The translations under genes and the position numbers were made by a program. The notes under the pieces were generated by a model. The model made no database searches, was not told the DNA's origin, and worked only from the letters and a program-made list of their open reading frames with translations. This document shows, one piece after another, positions 39,669 through 49,569 of a stretch of DNA of 64,000 nucleotides. Origin of the DNA: Candidatus Woesebacteria bacterium (GTDB lineage Bacteria > Patescibacteriota > Microgenomatia > UBA8517); assembly GCA_020060565.1 (NCBI GenBank), contig JAGVAE010000002.1, positions 243,270 through 307,269 on the forward strand. Reading direction: 5' to 3'. Positions within the stretch are counted from its first letter, which is position 1, and each line of letters begins with the position of its first letter.

Positions 39669-39698
39669 CAACTAGCACTTAATCTTCTAGACTGCTAA
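39665..39698 (+). promoter_or_regulatory. lon promoter overlapped by a CIRCE (HrcA) operator
   Basis: TTGACA-17-TAGACT; CTAGCACTT-N9-GACTGCTAA versus consensus TTAGCACTC-N9-GAGTGCTAA. Confidence 0.75.
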
Positions 39699-39712
39699 AT
39701 ACTCAAAAATAA

Positions 39713-42145
39713 ATGAAACAACAAGATACAACAAGGCGTGTCCCAATAGTACCGATTAGGGGAAGTGTTGTTTTTCCTCATTCAGATACACTTCTTTCTT
39801 TTGGACGAGAAAAAAGTGTTTCTGCAGTCAATTCTGCTTTTCAGGAAGATAGGGTTGTTGCAATTTTTACACAAAAAGATCCAAGAACTGTTGACCCTGG
39901 AAAAGAAGATCTATTTGAGGTAGGCACAATCGCCACCATTACCCAAATGATGTCTACAGAAGGTGAAGTTCATGCTCTAATTCGTGGTCAGGCTAGGATT
40001 ACTTTAAAGGAAGTGATTGCTCAAGAACCATTTTTAATTGGAAAGGTCGAAGAAATCCCTGAAGAGATCGGAAATTTGGCAGAGATTAATGTCATGGCCA
40101 AAAAGCTTCAAGAATTGTTTAAAAAAGCGATTAATTTAGGGAAACAGGCAGAGATAATGACCGTTATGAAACTTGTTTCTGGCAATGTTGAATCAATTGA
40201 ATTAAGCGATCAAATAGCTTCAGTTTTGGAGATTAAACCCAACGAAAAACAAAAACTTCTTGAGGAACCCAATTTAAAAAAACGTTTGGAAAAAGTGATC
40301 GAACTCTTAGCCAAAGAAGTTAATGCTCTTGAAATTGAAAGAACGATATCTTCTAAAACCCAAAAAAGGTTTGAGGATCAAATGAAGAAAGCCATGCTTA
40401 GAGAAAAGAAAAGAACAATTGAAAGGGAGTTGGGAGAAATGGATGAGGATGAAGGTGAACTATCCAGCGAAGAAGTAAAAGAATATAAGCAAAAAATTAA
40501 AGTTGCAGCAATGCCCGATGAGGTGAGAGGGAAGGCAGAGAAGGAACTTAAAAGACTTTCTGAAATGTCTCCAAATAACCCCGAAGGAGGATATTTAAGA
40601 AACTATCTTGATTGGTTGACTGATATGCCTTGGAGTAAAGTAAGTCCAAACAGCGTTTCAATCAAAAAAGCTGCAAAAATTTTGGAAGCTGAACATTATG
40701 GAATAGATAAAGCCAAGGAAAGAATTTTGGAGTTTTTGGCTGTTATGAAGATTAAAAAGGATGACAAATCAAATAAAAAAGAGGACACACTCCATGAAGC
40801 CCATCCTACAATTCTTTGTTTTATAGGTCCTCCTGGAGTAGGAAAAACTTCAATAGGCCGTTCTATTGCAAAAGCTCTAAACCGCAAGTTTGTTAGAGTG
40901 TCCTTGGGGGGAATTAGAGATGAGGCAGAGATTAGGGGACACAGAAGGACTTATATAGGAGCTCTTCCTGGTAGGATCATTCAAGGAATAAAAGATGCTG
41001 GTACAAAAAACCCTGTGTTTATGCTTGATGAGATTGATAAAATTGGAGTGGATTTTAGAGGAGATCCTTCGAGTGCACTTCTTGAAGCGTTGGATCCCGA
41101 ACAGAACAAAGAGTTTTCTGATCACTATTTAGAGGTTCCATTTGACCTTTCCCAGGTAATGTTTATTTGTACAGGTAATGTGCTTGATACAATTCCAGCT
41201 CCCTTAAAAGACAGAATGGAAATAATTACATTTCCTGGGTATACGGAAACTGAGAAGTTTAATATTGCTAAGAAGTTTCTTTGGCCAAAAACTCTTGAGG
41301 CTAATGGGATCAAAGACAAGAAAGTTGACATTACAGAAACAGGACTTAAGGAAGTTGTTGGTAGCTACACACGTGAGGCGGGAGTACGCAGTCTTGAAAG
41401 AAATTTGGCTAGTATCTGCCGTAAGATAGCTAGATTTGTGGCAGAGGGTAAGAAGTATCCTGTAAAGATTGAAACTGCCGATGTCAGGAAATTTCTAGGC
41501 TCTCATAGGTTTAATTCTCAAATTGCAGGCAAGAAGGATGAAGTAGGTCAATCAACAGGTCTTTCAGTGACTCCATTTGGAGGAGAAATACTGTTTATTG
41601 AAGTTTCTCTAATGCCAGGCAAAGGAAAACTACTTCTAACGGGACAGCTGGGGGACGTTATGAAGGAAAGTGCTAAGGCAGCTTTTACTTGGACACGATC
41701 TCATTATCATGAATTAGGACTCAGGCGAGAATTTGCGGACAATATTGATGTTCATATTCATGTTCCAGAAGGTGCTGTTCCTAAAGATGGACCTTCAGCT
41801 GGAGTTGCCATTACTACAGCTTTAGTCTCAGCCCTAACGGGAATTCCAGTTAGGCGTGAAGTGGGTATGACAGGGGAAGTCACATTAAGAGGTCATGCTC
41901 TTGAGATTGGAGGACTTAAAGAGAAGTCCATTGCAGGACATAGGGCTGGGTTAAAAGTAATAATTGCTCCAAAAGATAACAAGAAAGATTTGGATGAGAT
42001 TCCAGCCGAGGTAAAGCGCGAGATTAAATTCGCATTTGTGGAAGAAGTGGAAGAAGCACTTAAAATTGCTTTGACTGTTTGGCCGATTAAGATAAGAAGT
42101 GTGGCCAAGTTCACTCCAATGTCTGACGCTTTAATGGCAAATTAA
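39713..42145 (+). CDS. lon: ATP-dependent protease La
   Basis: LON N domain, [22 protein letters not shown] (Ser), IGGLKEK (Lys). Confidence 0.98.
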   Translation: MKQQDTTRRVPIVPIRGSVVFPHSDTLLSFGREKSVSAVNSAFQEDRVVAIFTQKDPRTVDPGKEDLFEVGTIATITQMMSTEGEVHALIRGQARITLKEVIAQEPFLIGKVEEIPEEIGNLAEINVMAKKLQELFKKAINLGKQAEIMTVMKLVSGNVESIELSDQIASVLEIKPNEKQKLLEEPNLKKRLEKVIELLAKEVNALEIERTISSKTQKRFEDQMKKAMLREKKRTIERELGEMDEDEGELSSEEVKEYKQKIKVAAMPDEVRGKAEKELKRLSEMSPNNPEGGYLRNYLDWLTDMPWSKVSPNSVSIKKAAKILEAEHYGIDKAKERILEFLAVMKIKKDDKSNKKEDTLHEAHPTILCFIGPPGVGKTSIGRSIAKALNRKFVRVSLGGIRDEAEIRGHRRTYIGALPGRIIQGIKDAGTKNPVFMLDEIDKIGVDFRGDPSSALLEALDPEQNKEFSDHYLEVPFDLSQVMFICTGNVLDTIPAPLKDRMEIITFPGYTETEKFNIAKKFLWPKTLEANGIKDKKVDITETGLKEVVGSYTREAGVRSLERNLASICRKIARFVAEGKKYPVKIETADVRKFLGSHRFNSQIAGKKDEVGQSTGLSVTPFGGEILFIEVSLMPGKGKLLLTGQLGDVMKESAKAAFTWTRSHYHELGLRREFADNIDVHIHVPEGAVPKDGPSAGVAITTALVSALTGIPVRREVGMTGEVTLRGHALEIGGLKEKSIAGHRAGLKVIIAPKDNKKDLDEIPAEVKREIKFAFVEEVEEALKIALTVWPIKIRSVAKFTPMSDALMAN

Positions 42146-42193
42146 ACAGTTTTAGTAGCACTTACGGTTAAGTTTGTTCTATCATAATCAAAA

Positions 42194-42269
42194 TGGTGAC
42201 CCCATTGGGACTCGAACCCAAGTTACCAGAATGAGAATCTGGTGTCCTAGACCGCTAGACGATGGGGCC
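42194..42269 (-). tRNA. tRNA-Glu(CTC), CCA encoded
   Basis: GGCCCCA acceptor, CCAGA-TT CTC AT-TCTGG anticodon arm, GTTCGAGT T loop. Confidence 0.95.
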
Positions 42270-42302
42270 ATGCAATGATGTATTTTATCATATTTTGATT
42301 TC

Positions 42303-42472
42303 TTGACATGGTTAAAATAAGGGTCTACAATCCACATCATTGCCTAAGAATATGTTGAAAAATTTATATTTATTAACCGCTAAAGCCCTTTTTATTAAGG
42401 GTCATTAGTGGTGTTGATAAATAGGTAAAAAAATCTAACACCCTCCACAAAAAAGGAGGGCTTTTAAGTTTT
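42303..42472 (+). promoter_or_regulatory. greA promoter and attenuator-like leader
   Basis: TTGACA-17-TACAAT; leader ORF 42352-42408; alternative stems ending in CCCTCC-N8-GGAGGG-CTTTT. Confidence 0.6.
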
Positions 42473-42482
42473 AGGAGACAAA

Positions 42483-42944
42483 ATGAACGCAAAAGTAAAT
42501 TTAACCAAAGAAGGTTTAGAGACTCTGAAAAAAGAGCTGGCGGTGCTATTGGAAGTTAAACGTCCAAAGCTAGTTGATCGTTTGAGTAATGCTAGATCTC
42601 AGGGGGATTTGAGCGAGAATAGTGATTATCAAAGTGCCAAGGAAGAATTGGAGTTTTTGGATGGACGAATTGATGAACTAACTGAAGTAGTTAAGACTGC
42701 GGTTGTTGTCAGTGTTTCAAACAATGGTAATGGAATTGGAGTTGGGACAAAAGTGACTGTAAAAGTAAATGGTAAAGAAACCGTATTTGATATGGTTGGT
42801 GAATGGGAAGCAGACCCTGTTAATAAAAAGATCTCTGACAGCTCTCCCTTAGGGCTTGCTCTGATTGGAAAAAAAGCAGGTGACAAAGTCGAAGTTGAGG
42901 CTCCTGCGGGGAAAGTACTGTATGAGATTCTTGCGATTGAGTAG
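42483..42944 (+). CDS. greA: Transcription elongation factor GreA
   Basis: GDLSENSDY, EADP..IS..SPLG.AL. Confidence 0.96.
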   Translation: MNAKVNLTKEGLETLKKELAVLLEVKRPKLVDRLSNARSQGDLSENSDYQSAKEELEFLDGRIDELTEVVKTAVVVSVSNNGNGIGVGTKVTVKVNGKETVFDMVGEWEADPVNKKISDSSPLGLALIGKKAGDKVEVEAPAGKVLYEILAIE

Positions 42945-42967
42945 CCGTGCCTTTATACTAAAGGGCA

Positions 42968-44440
42968 ATGGCAAAGGCAATTGAAACATTAAAAGAAGTT
43001 AGACTTCAAAAACTTGAGTCACTTAAAAAACTGGGAATTGATCCCTATCCTTCCAAAATTAATCTTCCTGGTAAAGTTCTAAAAGTTCAGGTAGTCAGGG
43101 ACTCAATGGGTAAGGAAGTGTTGACTGCAGGTAGAATATGGTCAATACGTGAACATGGGGCAGTTGCCTTTATGGATCTCAAGGACGATACGGGTACGAT
43201 CCAGATTTTATTCCAAAAGAAGGTATTGGGAGATAACTTTAAAACTCTTAACCTTTTTGATATGGGCGACTTTTTAGCTGTAACGGGAGCTGTGATTAAG
43301 ACTCAGGCAGGAGAAATTACAGTTGATGCTACAGATTTTCAGCTACTAACCAAGTCAATAAGACCCCTTCCTTCAACATGGTATGGACTAAAAGACGAGG
43401 AAGAAAGATACCGTCAGCGTTATGTAGATCTTCTATTAAATGATGAACTACGCGATTTGTTTAAAAAGAAGGCTATCTTTTGGCAGAGTATGCGTGATTT
43501 TTTGATTGATAAAGGGTTTTTGGAGGTGGAAACTCCTGTTTTGGAAAATACTGCGGGTGGGGCTGATGCCAATCCATTTATTACTCACCATAATGCACTG
43601 GACATTGATCTATATCTTAGGATCTCAATGGGAGAACTATGGCAAAAACGATTAATGGTGGCAGGGTTTGGCAAAACATTTGAGATAGGCAGACAGTTTA
43701 GGAATGAAGGGGTTGACCGTGAACACCTTCAAGATTATACCCAGATGGAGTTTTATTTGGGATATGCAAATTATGAGGATTCAATGAAACTTGTAGAGGA
43801 AATGTATAAATATGTTGCTAAAAAAACATTTGGAACTCTTAAATTCCAAATTGGGGAATATAAAGTTGATTTGGATGATGATTGGAAGAAAATTGACTAC
43901 AAAGACACAATCTTGAAAGAAACGGGAGTTGATATTTCAAAGATTACGGAGTCAGAACTTAAAAAAGAGCTAGATAAAAGAAAGATTGAATATGGCAAAA
44001 AAGATGAAATGGGAAGACTTATTGACTCACTTTGGAAGAGTATTAGGAGGAAGATTGTAGGACCAGTTTTTCTTACGGGTCATCCCGTTTCCGTTTCTCC
44101 TCTAGCAAAAAGAATGGAAAAGAATTCTGAATATGTTGAAAGATATCAGGTAATCATTGCGGGGAGTGAAAACGGAAATGGCTACTCGGAGCTTAATGAT
44201 CCAATTGATCAAGCGGAGCGTTTTGGACAGCAGGAAAAGATGCGTGAGAAGGGAGATCTTGACGCTCAAATGGAAGATAATGATTTTGTGAGAGCATTGG
44301 AATATGGAATGCCTCCCACATCTGGTTTTGGGGTTTCCGAGCGACTTTTCTCGTTTTTTGCGGGTAAATCAATTAGAGAGACTGTTTTGTTCCCGTTATT
44401 AAGGCCTGAAAATAAAGGAAAAGGGGTGAGTAGTGAATGA
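42968..44440 (+). CDS. lysS: Lysine--tRNA ligase (class II)
   Basis: RYRQRYVDL, LEVETP, GGADANPF, FRNEG, ELNDPIDQ, YGMPPTSG. Confidence 0.97.
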   Translation: MAKAIETLKEVRLQKLESLKKLGIDPYPSKINLPGKVLKVQVVRDSMGKEVLTAGRIWSIREHGAVAFMDLKDDTGTIQILFQKKVLGDNFKTLNLFDMGDFLAVTGAVIKTQAGEITVDATDFQLLTKSIRPLPSTWYGLKDEEERYRQRYVDLLLNDELRDLFKKKAIFWQSMRDFLIDKGFLEVETPVLENTAGGADANPFITHHNALDIDLYLRISMGELWQKRLMVAGFGKTFEIGRQFRNEGVDREHLQDYTQMEFYLGYANYEDSMKLVEEMYKYVAKKTFGTLKFQIGEYKVDLDDDWKKIDYKDTILKETGVDISKITESELKKELDKRKIEYGKKDEMGRLIDSLWKSIRRKIVGPVFLTGHPVSVSPLAKRMEKNSEYVERYQVIIAGSENGNGYSELNDPIDQAERFGQQEKMREKGDLDAQMEDNDFVRALEYGMPPTSGFGVSERLFSFFAGKSIRETVLFPLLRPENKGKGVSSE

Positions 44441-44688
44441 AAGGTGATGAAAAAATGTATAAATCAATGAAAATGCAACAAATCTATGTCTTAGAATCTA
44501 TGGCGGTTTCTTTAATGGCCATGGTTTTAATTTTTGGACTTGGATTTATCTTCCCAACAATCAATCCTTATATTGTTATTAAATGGATTGTTTATGTAAC
44601 TGCAGTTTATTTTGTTTGGGCAGTTGTTGGTAATTGGGTAAGAAGATTTCTTATTTGGAGAGCAATGAGAAAGGGAAGTAAAAAATGA
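44437..44688 (+). CDS. Small two-TM hypothetical protein
   Basis: Coupled to the lysS stop; two hydrophobic helices. Confidence 0.6.
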   Translation: MKGDEKMYKSMKMQQIYVLESMAVSLMAMVLIFGLGFIFPTINPYIVIKWIVYVTAVYFVWAVVGNWVRRFLIWRAMRKGSKK

Positions 44689-45242
44689 TTTCCAGGGAAG
44701 ACGCACTTACTCTCCTGCATTCCAAGATGCAATCTGTTAATTTACGAAAGCATTGTTATGCTGTTGAGGCAGTGATGAGATCTTTGGCACTTTACTTTAA
44801 GGAGGATGAAAATCTTTGGAGTATAGCTGGCCTTATTCATGATATTGATTATGAAATGTTCCCAGAAACACACCCCATTGAAGGAATAAAGATTCTTAAA
44901 GAAGAAAAGTTTCCTGTAGAAATTATTGATGCTGTAGCTGCCCATGCATGGGGATATTATGAAGGACTACCTAAGCCAAAAAATAAGATGGAATGGTCTT
45001 TATACTCATGTGATGAGTTAACGGGGTTAATTGTGGCTTGTGCACTGGTACGCCCTGACAAAAAACTTAAATCGGTTGATGTGGCATCTATTCAAAAGAA
45101 GTGGGGTCAAAAATCTTTTGCGGCAGGGGTAAATAGATCCCAGATTGAAAACTGTGAGAAAGAGTTGGGAATTCCCCTGCCTGAGTTTATTGAAATATCT
45201 TTAAAAGCAATGCAAGGAATTAGTAAGGAACTGGGATTATGA
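44685..45242 (+). CDS. HD-superfamily hydrolase
   Basis: RKHCYAVE, LIHDIDY, AH, CDELTG..LVRP. Confidence 0.88.
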   Translation: MISREDALTLLHSKMQSVNLRKHCYAVEAVMRSLALYFKEDENLWSIAGLIHDIDYEMFPETHPIEGIKILKEEKFPVEIIDAVAAHAWGYYEGLPKPKNKMEWSLYSCDELTGLIVACALVRPDKKLKSVDVASIQKKWGQKSFAAGVNRSQIENCEKELGIPLPEFIEISLKAMQGISKELGL

Positions 45243-45877
45243 ATACAAATAATAAAGATTACACTGAGTTTGAAGCTAAATTTTATCCTGTAGATAAAGA
45301 AGAATACCGCAAGAAATTGACGTCCATTGGTGCAAAATTAGTAATTCCCGAAAGAAAAATGATTAGAGTGGTTGCTACAAGTAGTGCCAATCCCTCTTTA
45401 TTAAAACACAATGCAATCAGGGTGCGTAATGAAGGTAATTTAATAAGATTAAGCCTAAAAGTATCTGCTGATAAAGACGGTAAAGTGTCTGATCAGAAAG
45501 AAATAGATGTTGAGGTTAGTGATTTTGAAAAAACCAAGGAAATATTTGAAGCAATAGGAGTAGTTTTTAATAGAAGGCAGGAAACTTTAAGGGAGGAATG
45601 GGACTATAAAGGTGCTCAAATTACAATTGATACCTGGCCAGGACTTGATATTTATTCTGAAATTGAGGCAAATTCAGAGGAGAAGGTAAAAGAAATTGCA
45701 CGGGATCTGGGTTTTGATTGGAATAAGAAAATAATTACACCCGCCCCTGAGATCTACGCAAAAGTTTATGGAATGAACATCGAAGAAGTTCTTATCAAGG
45801 TTTCAAATATTACTTTTGAAAACAATTCATTTGAAGGTATGTCTAAGATTTGGTCCCCAAAAACACAATCTGAATGA
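45239..45877 (+). CDS. CYTH domain protein (class IV adenylate cyclase-like)
   Basis: EFEAK (ExExK), IRVR, KEIDVEV, REEW, IDTWP..SEIE. Confidence 0.85.
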   Translation: MNTNNKDYTEFEAKFYPVDKEEYRKKLTSIGAKLVIPERKMIRVVATSSANPSLLKHNAIRVRNEGNLIRLSLKVSADKDGKVSDQKEIDVEVSDFEKTKEIFEAIGVVFNRRQETLREEWDYKGAQITIDTWPGLDIYSEIEANSEEKVKEIARDLGFDWNKKIITPAPEIYAKVYGMNIEEVLIKVSNITFENNSFEGMSKIWSPKTQSE

Positions 45878-45904
45878 GCAGAAAATTGGTGATATACTCG
45901 GATT

Positions 45905-46294
45905 ATGAAAAGTGTTGTTATTTGTGGCAGTGGTAGATTTAAATCGGAAGCGAGAAAATTTGCAGCCCAATTAAAAAAACTTGGAGTGGTTGTTTTTGAA
46001 CCTTATTTCCATCGGGGTGGGGACGAGTGGAATAAACTACCTCAGCAGTACAAAGATTTTATTGCTTTAGGCCTAACTCACGATCATTTCTATAAGATTA
46101 AGATGGCAGATGTTGTATTTATATACAATAAAGGAGGATATGTGGGAAATAGTACCACTTTAGAGTTGGGATATTCTATGGCTTTAGGTAAACCAATTTA
46201 TGCATTTTCAGATAAAGACGAGGAACTTTGTAGAAGAGTTTTAGTTCGGGAAGTAATAACTGCTCCAAAAGAGTTGATAAAAAGGTTAAAATAA
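45905..46294 (+). CDS. Nucleoside 2-deoxyribosyltransferase-like protein
   Basis: ICGS.RF, KIKMADVVFIYN..GYVGNSTTLELGYS..LGKPI. Confidence 0.65.
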   Translation: MKSVVICGSGRFKSEARKFAAQLKKLGVVVFEPYFHRGGDEWNKLPQQYKDFIALGLTHDHFYKIKMADVVFIYNKGGYVGNSTTLELGYSMALGKPIYAFSDKDEELCRRVLVREVITAPKELIKRLK

Positions 46295-46298
46295 AGAT

Positions 46299-47543
46299 AT
46301 GCTTGATATTAAATTTGTTAGAGAAAATGTAGAACTTGTAAAAAAGGGTGTGACTGCAAAGGGGTATGACGCAGGTGTGGTTGATGAAGTACTAAAGCTT
46401 GATCTTAAAAAGAGAGGGCTTATCAAAGAAATTGAAGAAATACGTGCGCAAAGAAATATAGCTGCAAGCCAAAAAGATATTGAGAAGGGTAAAGAAATAA
46501 AACAAAAACTTCAAAAACTTGAGCCAGACTTGGAAAATGTTGAAAAAGAATTCCTTGAGGTTTTTGGCAAGATTCCAAATCTTCCATCGGATAAAGCTCC
46601 TGTGGGAAAAGGTGAGAAAGAAAATGTAGAGGTTAAGAAATGGGGAGAGCCTACTAAGTTTGATTTTGAACCCCTAGATCATTTAGAACTTGGGAAAAGA
46701 TTGGGGATATTGGATTTTGAAACTGGAGCTAAAGTTGCAGGGTCTCAGTTTTATTTTCTTTATGGTGATGGAGCAAGACTTGAACTTGCGCTTAGTATGT
46801 ATGTTTTTGACAAACTTTCCAAAGAAGGTTTCCTTCCTGTAATTACACCTGACTTGGCAAAGAGCAGATATTATTTGGGGACTGGGTATATGCCAAAGGG
46901 AGATGAAGCCCAAACCTATACTATTGAGGATGAAGATTTGGGACTTATTGCAACAGCTGAAGTAACTCTTGCAGGGAGCCATGCAGATGAGGTTATTCCA
47001 GAAGACGTACTTCCACTTAAGTATGTTGGCTGCTCACATTGTTTCAGAAAAGAAGCTGGAGCATATGGAAAATATTCAAAAGGCTTATATAGGGTTCATC
47101 AATTTAGTAAAACTGAAATGTTTATATACTGTAAGCCTGAAGATTCCGACAAACTTCATGAATCAATTCTTAAAATGGAAGAAAGTATCTATCAAGAGCT
47201 TGGGCTTCCTTACAGGGTACTTGAAATGTGTACTGGAGATCTTGGTGCTATGGCTGCAAGAAAGTTTGATATTGAAGCATGGATGCCAGGAAGAAATGAT
47301 TATGGTGAAATTACATCAACTTCTAACTGTACGGATTATCAGGCCAGGAACCTAAACATTAAATACAAAAAGAAGAATGGGGAAACTGAATACGTACATA
47401 TGCTTAATGGAACCGCAGTTGTAATGTCCAGAGTTCCTGTGGCAATTCTTGAAAATTTCCAAACTAAAGATGGATCAGTCGTTATCCCCAAAGTTCTTCA
47501 AAAGTGGATGGGGAAGGAAAAAATCGAAAGTAAAAATGGTTGA
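46299..47543 (+). CDS. serS: Serine--tRNA ligase
   Basis: MLDIKFVREN, LIATAE, CFRKEAG, GLYRVHQFSKTE, SNCTDYQAR, HMLNGT. Confidence 0.98.
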   Translation: MLDIKFVRENVELVKKGVTAKGYDAGVVDEVLKLDLKKRGLIKEIEEIRAQRNIAASQKDIEKGKEIKQKLQKLEPDLENVEKEFLEVFGKIPNLPSDKAPVGKGEKENVEVKKWGEPTKFDFEPLDHLELGKRLGILDFETGAKVAGSQFYFLYGDGARLELALSMYVFDKLSKEGFLPVITPDLAKSRYYLGTGYMPKGDEAQTYTIEDEDLGLIATAEVTLAGSHADEVIPEDVLPLKYVGCSHCFRKEAGAYGKYSKGLYRVHQFSKTEMFIYCKPEDSDKLHESILKMEESIYQELGLPYRVLEMCTGDLGAMAARKFDIEAWMPGRNDYGEITSTSNCTDYQARNLNIKYKKKNGETEYVHMLNGTAVVMSRVPVAILENFQTKDGSVVIPKVLQKWMGKEKIESKNG

Positions 47544-48030
47544 AGATAATTTGTTACACGAAGTTGCTATCACCGCCATTATTGTTAACCGCAGGAAATA
47601 CCTCATTACTAAAAGATCGTTAACTAAAAAGAGGTTTCCTGGGAAGTGGACTGTTCCTGGGGGTAAGTTGGAGACAAAAGATTATATAAATCTTCCGAAA
47701 GACACAGAGAATTATTGGTATAACGTACTCGAGAAAGTTTTGCGCAGGGAGGTAAAAGAGGAAGTTGGTGTTGAAATTAAAAATATTGAATATGTAACAA
47801 GTTTGGCCACCATTCATACTGATGGAAATCCTTCTTTGGTGATTTCCTGTATAGCCGACTATGTTTCAGGGCAAGTTAAACTGCAAAAAGAAGAAACGGA
47901 TGATTTTGCTTGGGTAAATCTCAAAGAAGCTAAGAAATATGATTTGATAGATGGAATTTACGATGAACTTGTAATGGCTGACAAAAAGAGAAAAGGGAGG
48001 AAGGTTGAGTGGAAAAGATCCAAAAAATAA
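47536..48030 (+). CDS. NUDIX hydrolase
   Basis: PGKWTVPGG...RREVKEEVG (Nudix box with an insertion). Confidence 0.88.
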   Translation: MVEDNLLHEVAITAIIVNRRKYLITKRSLTKKRFPGKWTVPGGKLETKDYINLPKDTENYWYNVLEKVLRREVKEEVGVEIKNIEYVTSLATIHTDGNPSLVISCIADYVSGQVKLQKEETDDFAWVNLKEAKKYDLIDGIYDELVMADKKRKGRKVEWKRSKK

Positions 48031-48102
48031 AATCTTCCAATAAAATACTTACATCTCGAAACAATTGACATTCTATCAACAAAGAGATATCCTCGCATCA
48101 AC

Positions 48103-48342
48103 ATGGCTGAACGTCCTACAGCAGATGAACTTATAAATAGAGGTCTTTCAAGTCCAAGAGGGGTAGATCCTTACAAATTGGATTTAGCTATCCGTAGACT
48201 TATGGATCAGGGCCAGTTTATTAGGAATTTTGGTTTTGAGGGTGTAACACAAAAAATTATAGAAATGACAAAAAGTGGTCTTGTTATAATGAATGACTTA
48301 GGAAAATATAAATGGGCTGGACCTGGAGCAAATAAATATTGA
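48103..48342 (+). CDS. Small hypothetical protein
   Basis: Own promoter TTGACA-17-TATCCT; 79 aa. Confidence 0.6.
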   Translation: MAERPTADELINRGLSSPRGVDPYKLDLAIRRLMDQGQFIRNFGFEGVTQKIIEMTKSGLVIMNDLGKYKWAGPGANKY

Positions 48343-48343
48343 A

Positions 48344-49504
48344 CTAATCTTTCTTTGAATAATACTTTTTTCCATTAAGTTTTTCAGGAAGCAGGGAGTC
48401 TTTTGTGTATTTATCATATCCCTCTCCGTAGCCAACCTCTTTCATCAGTTTTGTTACGGGGTTTCGGATTTTTAGTGGAACTGGGAGATTTCCATATTTA
48501 TTTACATCTGCGAGGGCTTCCATATACGCATTGTATGCAGATCTATCTTTTTTAGCGGTTGAGAGGTAAACCACTCCTGCTGCTAAATTCTCCTGACATT
48601 CTGGGTAACCTATTGTGTTGCAAGCTTGAAATACCGCATTGGCAACAACTAGTGCAGTTGGTGTCGCAACATCTTCTGATGCGAATACAACCATACGTCG
48701 TGCTATATAAAGAGGGTCTTGTCCTGCAGCTACCATTCTTGCTAGATAATAAAGAGCAGCGTCTGTGTCGCTTGCGCGCATGGATTTAATGAATGCTGAG
48801 ATTATGTTAAAAAAATCTTCTCCGCGTTTATCAAAAGTGTATTGACGTTTTTGAAGTGCTGTCTCAAGATCTGGAACTTTAATAGTTGGGGAGGCTGTTA
48901 GACTTGCTGCGATCTCCAGCACGTTTAACATTACTCGGGCATCGCCATTTGAAGCCTCCAGTAAGAACTTTTCTGCTTCTTTATTTAATTTCTTTTTAAG
49001 GTGTTTTAGGGCACGGCCTAGAATTTTTAATAATTCTTTTTCTGAAAGCTGTTTAAGAATTAAAACTCTACACCTTGAAAGAAGGGGACCAATCACCTCA
49101 AAGGATGGGTTTTCAGTTGTGGCTCCAATTAAGAGGATGTCACCATGTTCAACATGGGGTAGGAGTTTATCTTGTTGGGCCTTGTTGAATCTGTGAATCT
49201 CATCCAAAAAAATTATAGGGGATTTTTTAGATTCGATTATTGCCTTTTGAATCTCTGTGATTTTGGCATTGACTGCAGAAAATTCATAAAACTCACGCTT
49301 TAAGTTGTTTGCGATTATTCTTGCTAGTGTGGTTTTACCTGTTCCTGGAGGACCCCAAAAAACAAGTGAAGGAAAGAAATTTTCTTCTTTAGTGTTATCA
49401 AGAAGTTTTTTGATAATGCCGTTTTTACCCACCAGATTTTCCTGTCCCACAAAATCTTTTAAGGATTTAGGCCTAAGAAGTTCAGGAAGGGGAATGTTTG
49501 TCAT
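48344..49504 (-). CDS. rarA: Replication-associated recombination protein A (MgsA)
   Basis: [51 protein letters not shown]. Confidence 0.95.
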   Translation of the reverse strand: MTNIPLPELLRPKSLKDFVGQENLVGKNGIIKKLLDNTKEENFFPSLVFWGPPGTGKTTLARIIANNLKREFYEFSAVNAKITEIQKAIIESKKSPIIFLDEIHRFNKAQQDKLLPHVEHGDILLIGATTENPSFEVIGPLLSRCRVLILKQLSEKELLKILGRALKHLKKKLNKEAEKFLLEASNGDARVMLNVLEIAASLTASPTIKVPDLETALQKRQYTFDKRGEDFFNIISAFIKSMRASDTDAALYYLARMVAAGQDPLYIARRMVVFASEDVATPTALVVANAVFQACNTIGYPECQENLAAGVVYLSTAKKDRSAYNAYMEALADVNKYGNLPVPLKIRNPVTKLMKEVGYGEGYDKYTKDSLLPEKLNGKKYYSKKD

Positions 49505-49569
49505 GAGATCTAATTACTATTATTGCTCATTGTATATCCAAACAAAAACCGAAGTAAAGGATTAGTTTT

